In this document: positions 55,717 through 64,000 of the stretch, one piece after another
Numbering within the stretch: the first letter of the stretch is position 1
How the letters are laid out: each line of letters begins with the position of its first letter
DNA from: Bryobacteraceae bacterium
GTDB lineage: Bacteria; Acidobacteriota; Terriglobia; Bryobacterales; Bryobacteraceae
NCBI GenBank assembly: GCA_035496735.1
Contig: DATJEI010000135.1
Coordinates: 4,735 to 68,734, forward strand
Reading direction: 5' to 3'
DNA: 64,000 nt
Notes under the pieces: model-generated
What the model saw: the letters and a program-made list of their open reading frames with translations, nothing else
What the model was told of the DNA's origin: nothing
Database searches by the model: none
Translations under genes and position numbers: made by a program

Positions 55717-57597
55717 CTAACGCGAACTGAGACTCGGCACCGAAGACTGTTGGCTCTGTAGCCAGCGCTCCAGGACCGCCACGTACCACAACTGATCCGA
55801 AGCGCCGCCGGCGGCGATGGCGCGGTCGATTTCAGCCCGCAATGCCGGACCCTGGATGTACCCTTCCCGTTCCACCAGCGTGCCGGACTGCAACAGGTCG
55901 AGGTCCTTGCGCCATGGTCCCGCCAGCCATTTTTCCGCCGGCACGCGGAAGCCTTGCTTAGGGCGCGATGCGGTCGATATCCCGATACGCCGCCGCACAA
56001 TTTCGCGCAGGACCGCCTTTAGGCGTCCGCCTCGAAAACGGATTTCCGGGGAGAGTCCCGCGGCGAACTCCCATAACGTGTGATCCAGAAATGGAGCCCG
56101 CGACTCAAGTCCGTAATACATCGTGCTGGAGTCCACTTTGGGCATGTATTCGCTCGTGAAATGGGTTCGGCGGTGATACTGAAAAACCTGGTCTAAAAGA
56201 TGGCGCGCGGAATCGAGCGACTCCGGCATGTCGCGTTGCGGCAATCGCAGATGTTGCAACCGCTCGCCCAACAAACTCCGCTCTTCGAAGTACGGCAGCC
56301 CGGCGCGCACCCGGTTGTAAGAGCCCAATCCACCCAAGGTGTAATTCGCAAAGCTACGGACGCGTTTTAAAAACCCGCTGTCCGGCACCACCCCGCGCAG
56401 GCGGCGCCATATCTCGGGAGCAAATCGGGGCGCTCGCGCGGCCACCTGCTGAGCCCGCCAGGCATAGAGAAAAAATGGATAGCCGAGGAACACGTCGTCG
56501 CCGCCATCGCCGGTTAGCAAAACCGTCGCCACCGGCTTAATGGCGGCCGACAGGTGCAGCATTCCCAGCGCGGACTGGCAGCCGAAGGGTTCGCTAAAGG
56601 CGTCGACCAACTCTCCGACTGGATCGCTTTCGCTCCGATCGATCACCAAGGCTTCATGCGGGACCCCCAAAACCTGCGCGGTGGCCCGCGCAGCTTCGGT
56701 TTCGTCGGAAGGATCGCCGGGCGCACTCATGGTGAAAGTTCGCACGTTGGCATTCAGCCGGGAAAGCGCCCAGCACACCAGCGCGGAATCGATTCCGCCG
56801 CTCAGCAGGGCCGCAATGGGGACATCGGAGACCAAGCGCAATCGCGTGCAGTCGATAATGCGCTTTTCGGTTTCTTCCAGCGCCTCTTCGAAGGAGATCT
56901 TCGGCCCTTCTCCGGTTTTCGGCAGATCCCAATAGCAGCGCGTGGTGATTCCGCCGTCGGCACTCCACTCCAGGATGGTGGCCGGCGGGACTTTCGAAAC
57001 CTCGCGATATACGCTGTGGATGTCGGTGACAAAACCGAATTCCAGGTATTCGAGCACCGCCTGCGGATCGATTTCCGTATTCACGGCGCCGGTCGAGCGC
57101 AGCGCAGCCACGGTGGAAGCAAACATCAGACGATTGCCCGTCGCAGAATAAACCAGCGGCTTGATCCCGAGGCGGTCGCGCACAAGGTATAGCCTGCGGC
57201 GGTTCTGATCCCACACGGCGAAGACGAACATACCGCGCAGCCGCGCCACCAGTCTGTCGATGCCCCAATGTTGGTATCCCGCCAGCAAAACTTCGGTATC
57301 GCAGCGCGAACGGAAGCGATAGCCAAGCCGCTCCAGTTCCGGGCGCAACTCCAAAAAATTATAAATGCAACCGTTGAAAACCAGCCCGATGCTGCCGTCG
57401 TCTGAGAGCATCGGCTGCCGGCCGGCTTCGCTCAAATCGATGATTGCCAGACGACGGTGACCGAGCGCCACGCCGGGCCAGGTAGCCATCCCCTCGCCAT
57501 CCGGCCCCCGGCGAGCCAGCGCATCCGTCATCACTCGCGTAGTGCTTTCGGCTAAGTCTGGCTCACCGAGCGCTACACATCCGGCAATTCCGCACAT
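55717..57597 (-). CDS. asnB: asparagine synthase (glutamine-hydrolysing)
   Basis: MCGIAG N-terminal nucleophile and the SGGIDS PP-loop motif. 626 aa. Confidence 0.95.
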   Translation of the reverse strand: MCGIAGCVALGEPDLAESTTRVMTDALARRGPDGEGMATWPGVALGHRRLAIIDLSEAGRQPMLSDDGSIGLVFNGCIYNFLELRPELERLGYRFRSRCDTEVLLAGYQHWGIDRLVARLRGMFVFAVWDQNRRRLYLVRDRLGIKPLVYSATGNRLMFASTVAALRSTGAVNTEIDPQAVLEYLEFGFVTDIHSVYREVSKVPPATILEWSADGGITTRCYWDLPKTGEGPKISFEEALEETEKRIIDCTRLRLVSDVPIAALLSGGIDSALVCWALSRLNANVRTFTMSAPGDPSDETEAARATAQVLGVPHEALVIDRSESDPVGELVDAFSEPFGCQSALGMLHLSAAIKPVATVLLTGDGGDDVFLGYPFFLYAWRAQQVAARAPRFAPEIWRRLRGVVPDSGFLKRVRSFANYTLGGLGSYNRVRAGLPYFEERSLLGERLQHLRLPQRDMPESLDSARHLLDQVFQYHRRTHFTSEYMPKVDSSTMYYGLESRAPFLDHTLWEFAAGLSPEIRFRGGRLKAVLREIVRRRIGISTASRPKQGFRVPAEKWLAGPWRKDLDLLQSGTLVEREGYIQGPALRAEIDRAIAAGGASDQLWYVAVLERWLQSQQSSVPSLSSR

Positions 57598-57722
57598 CCT
57601 AGGCCATTATCGCAGAGCAAACCTGTAGCAATCTGGGCGAATAGTACTGGGCGAACCTTTAAATAGTTCAATTGACGGGCCCTTTCGTTTTCACTCACAA
57701 TGGTTTTGATGAGCCCTCTGCT

Positions 57723-59153
57723 ATGAGCCGGTTTAAGGGCAGCAAACCCGTCCCGCGCGGGGAGTTCTCGCAGCCCACGGTAGGAGTGCTGTCTCCCCTT
57801 CCCAAACCGGCGCTGAGCCCGTCCGTTACGATCCCGGCGCCACGGCCTGCGCAGGTCCAAACTCCATGGCGGCGTGCAGGTACCTCGGAAACTATCCGGC
57901 AAGCGGATGTGGACAATCCCTTACGAAAACTGGGGCTTTACCTGGCGCTTGCATTTATCTTCTGCCGCTTCAGCTTAGTCCAGGAGGTGGTGGCGATTAC
58001 GCTAAACTTCGACCCCCATCTGGTTAGAATTTTGGGTATACCGACGGTTGTGCTGGCGGTAGTCACCGGCGGCCTCTGGCGCGTGCTTCGGTCCAGACTC
58101 GCTTACGGTTGGCTCGGCCTAGCCATCTGGATGGCTCTAGCCACGCCGCTAAGCTATTGGCCGGGCGGCTCCACTTCTCTGGTTATCAATTATTTGAGGG
58201 GCCAGTTACCCATGATGTTGATTGTTGGCGGTCTGGTCTTGACCTGGAAGGAGTGCAGGCTGGTTCTCATAACGATCGCGTTGGCCTGCGCGGTCAACGT
58301 GCTAAGCGGCAGGTTTTTCACGTCAAACCTGGACACGGATAGCCGGCTCAGCCTGGAAGGCGGCACCATCGGGAACGCTAACGATTTTACGGCGCACTTG
58401 CTTTTCGCCCTTCCTTTCGTGATTTTCGTGCTTGTCAACTCTGACCGCGCGTGGATCCGTAGAATCCTGTGCCTGGGAGTCTTGGGCTACGGAGTGTACC
58501 TTTGCGCGGCTACCGGATCAAGGGGAGGACTGGTGGGGTTCGCGGCCAGTTTGACGTTTATTCTGGTCCGGGCTCGGGGCCGGGTGCGGATCGGCGCCTT
58601 GGCGGCTTCCGCCGTGATGTTTATGCTGGTGGTAGCGGTGCTACCGCAATCCATGCTGCAGCGGTACGCCACCTTATTCACGAATGATTCCGACGACCAG
58701 GAAGCGGTTCAGTCTACCGCAGCCCGAACTTATCTGCTGAAGTCCAGTATTCAGTTCACCATGCAGCACCCTATCTTTGGCGTCGGTCCAGGAGAATTTT
58801 CGGACTACGAAGCCGCTTTTGCCAAGAACAAGGGAAAGAGACCAGCCTGGCTGGTAACGCACAACGCCTATACGCAGGTATCGAGTGAGGCCGGTATTCC
58901 AGCGCTTCTGTTCTTTTTGACGGCTGTCGTACTGAGCTTCCGGACGTTCGGGAGAGTCCAACGAGCCGCGCGCTCTCGCCCGCAGCTGCGGTCGATGGCC
59001 CTGGCTTGTTTTTGCTGCCAGCTTTCCCTGGTGGGATTCTGTACGGCCATTATATTTCTCTCACTGGCTTACACGATGTATTTGCCTACCATGAGCGGGC
59101 TAGCCTTGGCGTTCAGCCGGTCGCTGGAGCGGGAGCTGGCTGGACAGTCTTAA
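57723..59153 (+). CDS. O-antigen ligase / Wzy-like polymerase family membrane protein
   Basis: About 10 or more TM segments and a loop with GSRGGLVGFAASL, typical of the Wzy_C/O-antigen ligase domain. The start is uncertain (the tracked ORF begins at 57672). Confidence 0.75.
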   Translation: MSRFKGSKPVPRGEFSQPTVGVLSPLPKPALSPSVTIPAPRPAQVQTPWRRAGTSETIRQADVDNPLRKLGLYLALAFIFCRFSLVQEVVAITLNFDPHLVRILGIPTVVLAVVTGGLWRVLRSRLAYGWLGLAIWMALATPLSYWPGGSTSLVINYLRGQLPMMLIVGGLVLTWKECRLVLITIALACAVNVLSGRFFTSNLDTDSRLSLEGGTIGNANDFTAHLLFALPFVIFVLVNSDRAWIRRILCLGVLGYGVYLCAATGSRGGLVGFAASLTFILVRARGRVRIGALAASAVMFMLVVAVLPQSMLQRYATLFTNDSDDQEAVQSTAARTYLLKSSIQFTMQHPIFGVGPGEFSDYEAAFAKNKGKRPAWLVTHNAYTQVSSEAGIPALLFFLTAVVLSFRTFGRVQRAARSRPQLRSMALACFCCQLSLVGFCTAIIFLSLAYTMYLPTMSGLALAFSRSLERELAGQS

Positions 59154-59779
59154 ATCCAGCCGCGACCCCAGTAATAGCCGATTTTTGAGGTTTCTATCAA
59201 CAGGTCCTGAAACACTTCCCACCGCAGGTTCCAGCTTGTTGCGCGCTTGGTAGCATCCGGAATAGGGCGCGGGATCGCGACGACGCCGGCTTTGCGAAGT
59301 GCCCGAATGGCCCGGTACATGTGATAGTCGCTGGTCAATAAAATCCTCCGGCCCGGCGCCTTTGGAAGGATTCGTGCGAGATTCAGTGCGCTCTCGCGCG
59401 TGCTCAGCGATTGGGAATCGGCCAAAATCGCGTCCGCTGGAATTCCGCCGCTCTCCAAGAAAATTTTCATCGCCTCGCCGACCGGAAGCGAGGCTCCTCC
59501 TCCTCCCCCGCTCACGATCACCTGGCGCCATCCGCCCTCGCGCCAAGCCATGACTGTATAGGCGCTGCGCCAATAGGACGTCTCCCCAATCAGGCCATTG
59601 CTCAAGGCATTGCCGGTCAGCACGATCATCACATCTCCGCGCGTATCCGTCCAGGGTCCGGCGAGCTGGACCGCCCACCAGCCCACCAGCGGAGTGAAGG
59701 TCACCAGCACCACGGCCAGCCCCAGCAGCGCGGACGCTCTCACGGACGTGCGCCAAAAACTAGCCAAAGAGAGTTTCAA
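59150..59779 (-). CDS. DUF218 (YdcF/ElyC/SanA-like) protein
   Basis: N-terminal TM segment and VMIVLTGN...VIVSGGGG...ESALNLARIL...LLTSDYHMYRA, typical of DUF218. Confidence 0.8.
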   Translation of the reverse strand: MKLSLASFWRTSVRASALLGLAVVLVTFTPLVGWWAVQLAGPWTDTRGDVMIVLTGNALSNGLIGETSYWRSAYTVMAWREGGWRQVIVSGGGGGASLPVGEAMKIFLESGGIPADAILADSQSLSTRESALNLARILPKAPGRRILLTSDYHMYRAIRALRKAGVVAIPRPIPDATKRATSWNLRWEVFQDLLIETSKIGYYWGRGWI

Positions 59780-60930
59780 TGTGTGCGGCTCACTTTATCC
59801 GGCAAAGGGCCGCCGGAGGTGACCTTCCACAGCGTTCTCGGCGGGATAAAGAGGACCGAAAGCCCTCCCAGGGTGGCGATCATCATCACTAAAAAAGTGT
59901 GCGCGCTCGAGGAGACCCTCTTGAGGATCCGGGGCTTAACAATCCAAACGTCCGCCAGCGCGAGACCGTAGAATACGGCCTGCCCAGCCAGTAGAGCTTC
60001 GCGCCACGGAGCCGGCAGTCCAAACGACGCTGCCGCCAAAATCAGCAGAAGCCAGGGCAGGAGAAGCCGGCCGAACTTGTAGGAAACGAAATGCACCCAC
60101 ATCCGGTTGCCTGGTCCCAGGAGCGCCGGATACGCGCGCAGGATCTGATAATTTCCGGCGAGTGTTCGCATCTTTCGCGGGAACTCGGTCTCTAGCGACG
60201 TCGGAAGATCGTAGGCGCGGGCCCGCGGATCCATCACCAGCCGATAGCCTTGAAAATAGACCGCCAAAGGTAGATACACGTCGTCGAGAAGTGTATCGGC
60301 GGGTATCGGCACCGCTAGGGTGCGGCGGATGGCGTAAAAAGATCCGGTGGCGCCAAATGTCGAGTCTATGGAGCTGAGGCTCACGCGGATCCAGTTCTCG
60401 AAACGCCGGTACAAGCCGATGTCGGCCTCCTGCTGGGTCGCGCCGGCGCGAATAAGAAGTTCGCCGCTAGCGACGCCGACCGTGGGATCGGCAAAATTCT
60501 CCATCAGGCGGGCCACGCTGGGTGGCTCGAGAGGCTGGCGCACGTCGGTCAAAACCAGAATCTCCCCTTGTGCTTTGGCGATGGCCGCGTTGAGTGCCGC
60601 CGGCTTGCCTGCTCGCGGCAGGCGCAGCAGACAGACTTTCTGCGCAGCGAAGCTCTCGGCGATTTCTTCGGTGCGGTCAGTGGATCCGTCCGAGGCGACG
60701 ATGATCTCGAGCTTGTCGGCCGGATATTCCAGCGCCAGCACGGACTGCAGCTTGCCCTCCAGGAATCGTTCCCCGTTGTAAACCACGATAATCAGCGAAA
60801 CGGTGGGCTCCAAGGGCCGGCGTGCAACGGGCCGCGCGCGGTGTTGTGCCATCCATCGCAGCAGCAGCGGATAACCCGCCAGCACATAGATCATCAGCAG
60901 ACAGGCCGTGATCGCGGCAACGGCTGGCAT
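59776..60930 (-). CDS. family 2 glycosyltransferase with C-terminal TM segments (processive synthase-like)
   Basis: VSLIIVVYNGERFL, ASDGSTDRT and a DVRQ region. 4-nt overlap with the DUF218 gene. Confidence 0.9.
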   Translation of the reverse strand: MPAVAAITACLLMIYVLAGYPLLLRWMAQHRARPVARRPLEPTVSLIIVVYNGERFLEGKLQSVLALEYPADKLEIIVASDGSTDRTEEIAESFAAQKVCLLRLPRAGKPAALNAAIAKAQGEILVLTDVRQPLEPPSVARLMENFADPTVGVASGELLIRAGATQQEADIGLYRRFENWIRVSLSSIDSTFGATGSFYAIRRTLAVPIPADTLLDDVYLPLAVYFQGYRLVMDPRARAYDLPTSLETEFPRKMRTLAGNYQILRAYPALLGPGNRMWVHFVSYKFGRLLLPWLLLILAAASFGLPAPWREALLAGQAVFYGLALADVWIVKPRILKRVSSSAHTFLVMMIATLGGLSVLFIPPRTLWKVTSGGPLPDKVSRTH

Positions 60931-60936
60931 ACCCAG

Positions 60937-62166
60937 TTAAACGTGATTCCCGGGGTCAGCCGTCACGTTTTCCCCCGAAAGAATACTGCTTGCGCGGGTT
61001 TCGCGCCAAGTGTGCGGATGGTAGAAGAGGCCCTTCACGTTCCGCCCCGAATTGACCTGGATGGTCGAGCAGCGGTACTGCCAATCCAGGTTGTTTCCAT
61101 GCTGCTCGATGATGGCGTCGATCAGGTACGAGCCGGGCTGCAAGCCCAGTTCCTCGCAGGTGAATTCGACGATGCCGTTTCCGGGCTCCAGATCTGCGGT
61201 CTCGCCCGAAAGCCAGGTGGTGAACTGGCAATGCAGCGTGCCATCGGCCCCATAAAAGAACACGCTGAAGTTGACCTCTGCTACCGGGATTCGCGCGCGA
61301 TACTCGACACGGATCCGCAGCGCGTCGCCGGTTTTGACCACCTGGACCGGCGCGCCTCCGCGATCTAGAAATTCAAGCGAAACCACTTCGGCGGTCTTGG
61401 CAACGGCTTCGCTCCTTGGGGGAGGAGAAGCCCGGAAGCGGGCCAATGCGCTATAGGCCGTCATTGCGCCGGCTGTCGCTCCGTCGTAAACGATTTCTCC
61501 TTGGTTCATTACGATTACCCGGTCGCACAGCTGCTGCACGGCGGCCAGATCGTGAGAAATAAACACCACCGTCGAGCGCCGCTTGAGCTCCAACACGCGG
61601 TCAATGCACTTTTTCTGGAAAGCGGCATCACCCACCGCCAGCACCTCGTCAAGAAGCAGGATATCCGGATCGAGATGCGCCGCGACCGAGAAACCCAGCC
61701 GAACCACCATGCCCGACGAGAAGCGCTTGACTGGAACGTCGATGAATGGCCGCACGCCAGCGAAATCGATGATGCCATCTAGCTTGGCGCTGATTTCCTT
61801 GCGCTGCATCCCCAGGATGGAGCCGCTTAAGTAAATGTTTTCGATGCCTGTCAACTCGGGATGAAAACCGGAGCCGACTTCGAGCAGCGCCGAAAGTTTT
61901 CCGGAGATGGAAATTTCACCGACCGTGGGCGCAGTGATGCCGGCCAAGAGTTTCAGCAGCGTGCTCTTACCCGCGCCATTGGGGCCGATAATGCCCACAG
62001 CTTCACCCCGGGCCACCTCGAAGCTGACATCGCGCAGCGCCCAGAAGACGTGCGCAGGCGCGAAACGCTGCCGCAAGCGCGCCACCAAGCCGTTCGGCGC
62101 AGGGCCGACATGGGCCTGGCGGATCAGGTAACGCTTAGAAACATGATCGAGGCGTAAGGAGGACAT
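60937..62166 (-). CDS. wzt: polysaccharide ABC exporter ATP-binding protein (Wzt/TagH type) with a C-terminal beta-sandwich extension
   Basis: Walker A GPNGAGKSTLLKLL, signature FSSGM and Walker B LLLDE. About 160 extra C-terminal aa resemble a Wzt_C carbohydrate-binding domain. Confidence 0.9.
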   Translation of the reverse strand: MSSLRLDHVSKRYLIRQAHVGPAPNGLVARLRQRFAPAHVFWALRDVSFEVARGEAVGIIGPNGAGKSTLLKLLAGITAPTVGEISISGKLSALLEVGSGFHPELTGIENIYLSGSILGMQRKEISAKLDGIIDFAGVRPFIDVPVKRFSSGMVVRLGFSVAAHLDPDILLLDEVLAVGDAAFQKKCIDRVLELKRRSTVVFISHDLAAVQQLCDRVIVMNQGEIVYDGATAGAMTAYSALARFRASPPPRSEAVAKTAEVVSLEFLDRGGAPVQVVKTGDALRIRVEYRARIPVAEVNFSVFFYGADGTLHCQFTTWLSGETADLEPGNGIVEFTCEELGLQPGSYLIDAIIEQHGNNLDWQYRCSTIQVNSGRNVKGLFYHPHTWRETRASSILSGENVTADPGNHV

Positions 62167-62180
62167 CGCGCCGGACTCGC

Positions 62181-63056
62181 TCAGATGAAATCCGCCATCG
62201 AAGCCTCCCGGTATTTGAAAAACAGGTAGGCCACAGGCAGGAGCACCAAAGCGATTACCGAGGCTTCTGCGAACGACGAGTACTCGGGCGGCTTGCTTTG
62301 CAATAGGACTCGGCGGAAACTTTCGATTGTGCCCGCCAGCGGATTCACATCGTAGTAGACGCGGAGGCGGGAAGGTACCGCGGAAAGCGGGTAGACCACG
62401 GGAGTGGCAAACATCCAGACCTGCATGACCAGCGGCATCGCCAGGCCGATGTCCCGCACGCGCACCTGCAGCACCGATAGAAACAACGCCAAGGCCAAGC
62501 CGAACGCACTCAATACAGCCATGATAGGAATTAAATACAATACATAGCGGGTAACCGGAAGGTGGTAGTAAACCATCATGCCGGCCAGCACTACTGCGCC
62601 GACCAGAAAATCGACAAACGCAGCCGCCACATAGGTCAGCGGAAGAATCTCGCGCGGAAAATAGACCTTGGTAATGAGCTGGCTATGGTTAACCAGGCAG
62701 GTAGCCGAGTTAGTCATGATGGTGGCGAAGTAAGTCCAGGGGAGCAGAGCCGCGTACACGAAGACCGCGTATGGCACCCCTTCGTCGGGCATCCGCGTCA
62801 CCACGGAAAAAATGATGGTGTAGATCAGCATGAGCGCGAGCGGCTGAACCAAAGCCCACGCCCATCCGAGGATGGATTGCTTATAGCGGACGCTGAGTCG
62901 ATGCAAGCTCAGGGTGACCAGCAGGTCCCGGTAGCTCAGAAGCTCCCGGCCGGCGCTCCACAATCTCCATGGCTCGAACGACGGAGGCCGTATGTTCTTG
63001 GTCGAACGACCGGAAAACCTTGTAGATAAAGCTTCTTCTGCTGGTAAAGCCCGCAT
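62181..63056 (-). CDS. wzm: ABC-2 type polysaccharide exporter permease
   Basis: RYKQSILGWAWALVQP motif and 6 TM segments. It lies immediately upstream of wzt. Confidence 0.9.
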   Translation of the reverse strand: MRALPAEEALSTRFSGRSTKNIRPPSFEPWRLWSAGRELLSYRDLLVTLSLHRLSVRYKQSILGWAWALVQPLALMLIYTIIFSVVTRMPDEGVPYAVFVYAALLPWTYFATIMTNSATCLVNHSQLITKVYFPREILPLTYVAAAFVDFLVGAVVLAGMMVYYHLPVTRYVLYLIPIMAVLSAFGLALALFLSVLQVRVRDIGLAMPLVMQVWMFATPVVYPLSAVPSRLRVYYDVNPLAGTIESFRRVLLQSKPPEYSSFAEASVIALVLLPVAYLFFKYREASMADFI

Positions 63057-63143
63057 GGGTCCTCGGACGCTGATGTACTCAAAGCGAGCCGGTCTCGAAG
63101 TCTCAGTCTATCATATTCTCCCGCGGACACTTCCGGTGCTGGC

Positions 63144-64000
63144 TCAATGTAAGAACTTGTATTCGGTTGGGTTGCGCCATCTTACAAGCTTGTGAAGCAG
63201 CCCAGGCGCGATCCGCAACGCCAGCAAGGCGAAAATGATTTTGCGGCTGCGCAACACAAGATTGGCGCGGCCGAGCCGTTCCTTCGCCTCCTGGTTCCGG
63301 CCGGCGTAAAGCGCCTTCTTTCCGAGATAGAAGTCGAGAGTTGCCTCTTCGCGGCGCATCGCGACTTCCAGGCAAGCTCGGTCCGCTGCATTCAGATTAA
63401 GGGTCTCCGACAGATCTTTATAAACTTTCAGGGCATCTGGTCCGATGCGGGTGGGATCGTTGCTGAGGCTATCGGGCCGCGCCCGGTAGCGGATCAGCGG
63501 CTGGTGGTTTCGGATAAATCGGGTGCCCATGTGCGCCAGCCGGAGCCACAGGTGTAGATCTTCGGCCGAGCGCAGCGCTGGATCGAACAACCCCGCTCGC
63601 AGGATCAACTCGCGGCGCGCGATGACGCTCGAGAAAATGCGGCACCGCTGGTCCAACAAACGGCAGAAAGTGATTTCGCCGCGGTCGGGATAGAGGTCCA
63701 GAAACGTCTGGCCCGCAAAAAAGGTCTCGCCGATGAAGGTGACATTGGCGCAGGCCACGCCGGCTTCGGGATTTGATGCCAGCAGGCCGGTTTGGACCTC
63801 CAGATATTCTGGTTCCCACATGTCATCCGGGTCTAGAAGCGCTACCAAGGGCGCCCGCGCAGCGCGCAAAGCGGCGTTCCGAGCGGCCGCTACCCCCTGG
63901 TTTTCCTGGCGGATATAAACGATCTCGCCGCGGTATGGTTCGAGAACCCGCTCCAGATTGGAGCTATCCGGGCAACCATCGTTAACGACGATTGTCTCGA
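63144..64000 (-). CDS. family 2 glycosyltransferase (5' end outside the window)
   Basis: The reverse frame stays open to the window edge: ETIVVNDGCPDSSNLERVLEPYRGEIVYIRQENQGVAAARNAALRAARAPLVALLDPDDMW (DxD context). Confidence 0.85.
   Translation of the reverse strand, partial: ETIVVNDGCPDSSNLERVLEPYRGEIVYIRQENQGVAAARNAALRAARAPLVALLDPDDMWEPEYLEVQTGLLASNPEAGVACANVTFIGETFFAGQTFLDLYPDRGEITFCRLLDQRCRIFSSVIARRELILRAGLFDPALRSAEDLHLWLRLAHMGTRFIRNHQPLIRYRARPDSLSNDPTRIGPDALKVYKDLSETLNLNAADRACLEVAMRREEATLDFYLGKKALYAGRNQEAKERLGRANLVLRSRKIIFALLALRIAPGLLHKLVRWRNPTEYKFLH

Noticed and set aside
1-64000. tRNA, rRNA, tmRNA, RNase P, SRP RNA and known riboswitches
   Set aside because: Scanning the intergenic regions by eye showed no T-loop/acceptor-like patterns (for example GGTTCGAATCC) or conserved RNA cores. 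A covariance-model search would be needed to exclude them formally.

Overview
High-GC (roughly 60%) bacterial chromosomal window, densely coding on both strands. I found no rRNA, tRNA, CRISPR array, integrase or transposase. Gene content suggests Acidobacteriota, but that is only an inference: GH44 with PKD/Fn3 tails, heme-c/Cu-monooxygenase fusions, a twin-arginine UxuA-like protein, and ICVH-type short intergenic repeats. In order, the window contains: (1) housekeeping and envelope genes (S41 and M13 peptidases, ftsB-like, dxr, rseP, galE); (2) a secreted GH44 glycosidase plus an Ig-domain partner; (3) dctA, a tandem USP and DinB; (4) a catabolic cluster (YdiJ-like FAD/Fe-S oxidase, MFS, 4Fe-4S protein, Cys-containing unknown, DSD1-type PLP enzyme); (5) a dense signalling island at 25.2-32.8 kb, with an orphan CpaF ATPase, two TadZ/CpaE-like receiver-ParA proteins, one sensor-less kinase, two Hpt modules and several receivers; (6) PAP2 and UxuA-like genes; (7) two paralogous CxxCH + PHM/DBH-like copper monooxygenase proteins; (8) an acyltransferase, DUF302, two very Met-rich periplasmic paralogs and a stand-alone RND permease; (9) a low-GC McrBC type IV restriction islet bracketed by 113-118 bp direct repeats that duplicate the 3' end of the neighbouring gene; (10) a polysaccharide cluster (GT-C-like, large repeat-containing secreted protein, asnB, Wzy/O-antigen-ligase-like, DUF218, GT2, Wzt, Wzm, GT2). 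The candidates most worth follow-up are the CpaF/TadZ phosphorelay island with its 13-nt tandem repeat leader, the repeat-bounded McrBC islet, the heme-c/Cu-monooxygenase paralogs, and the Met-rich protein pair. All calls come from reading the translations and the DNA by eye; no searches were run.
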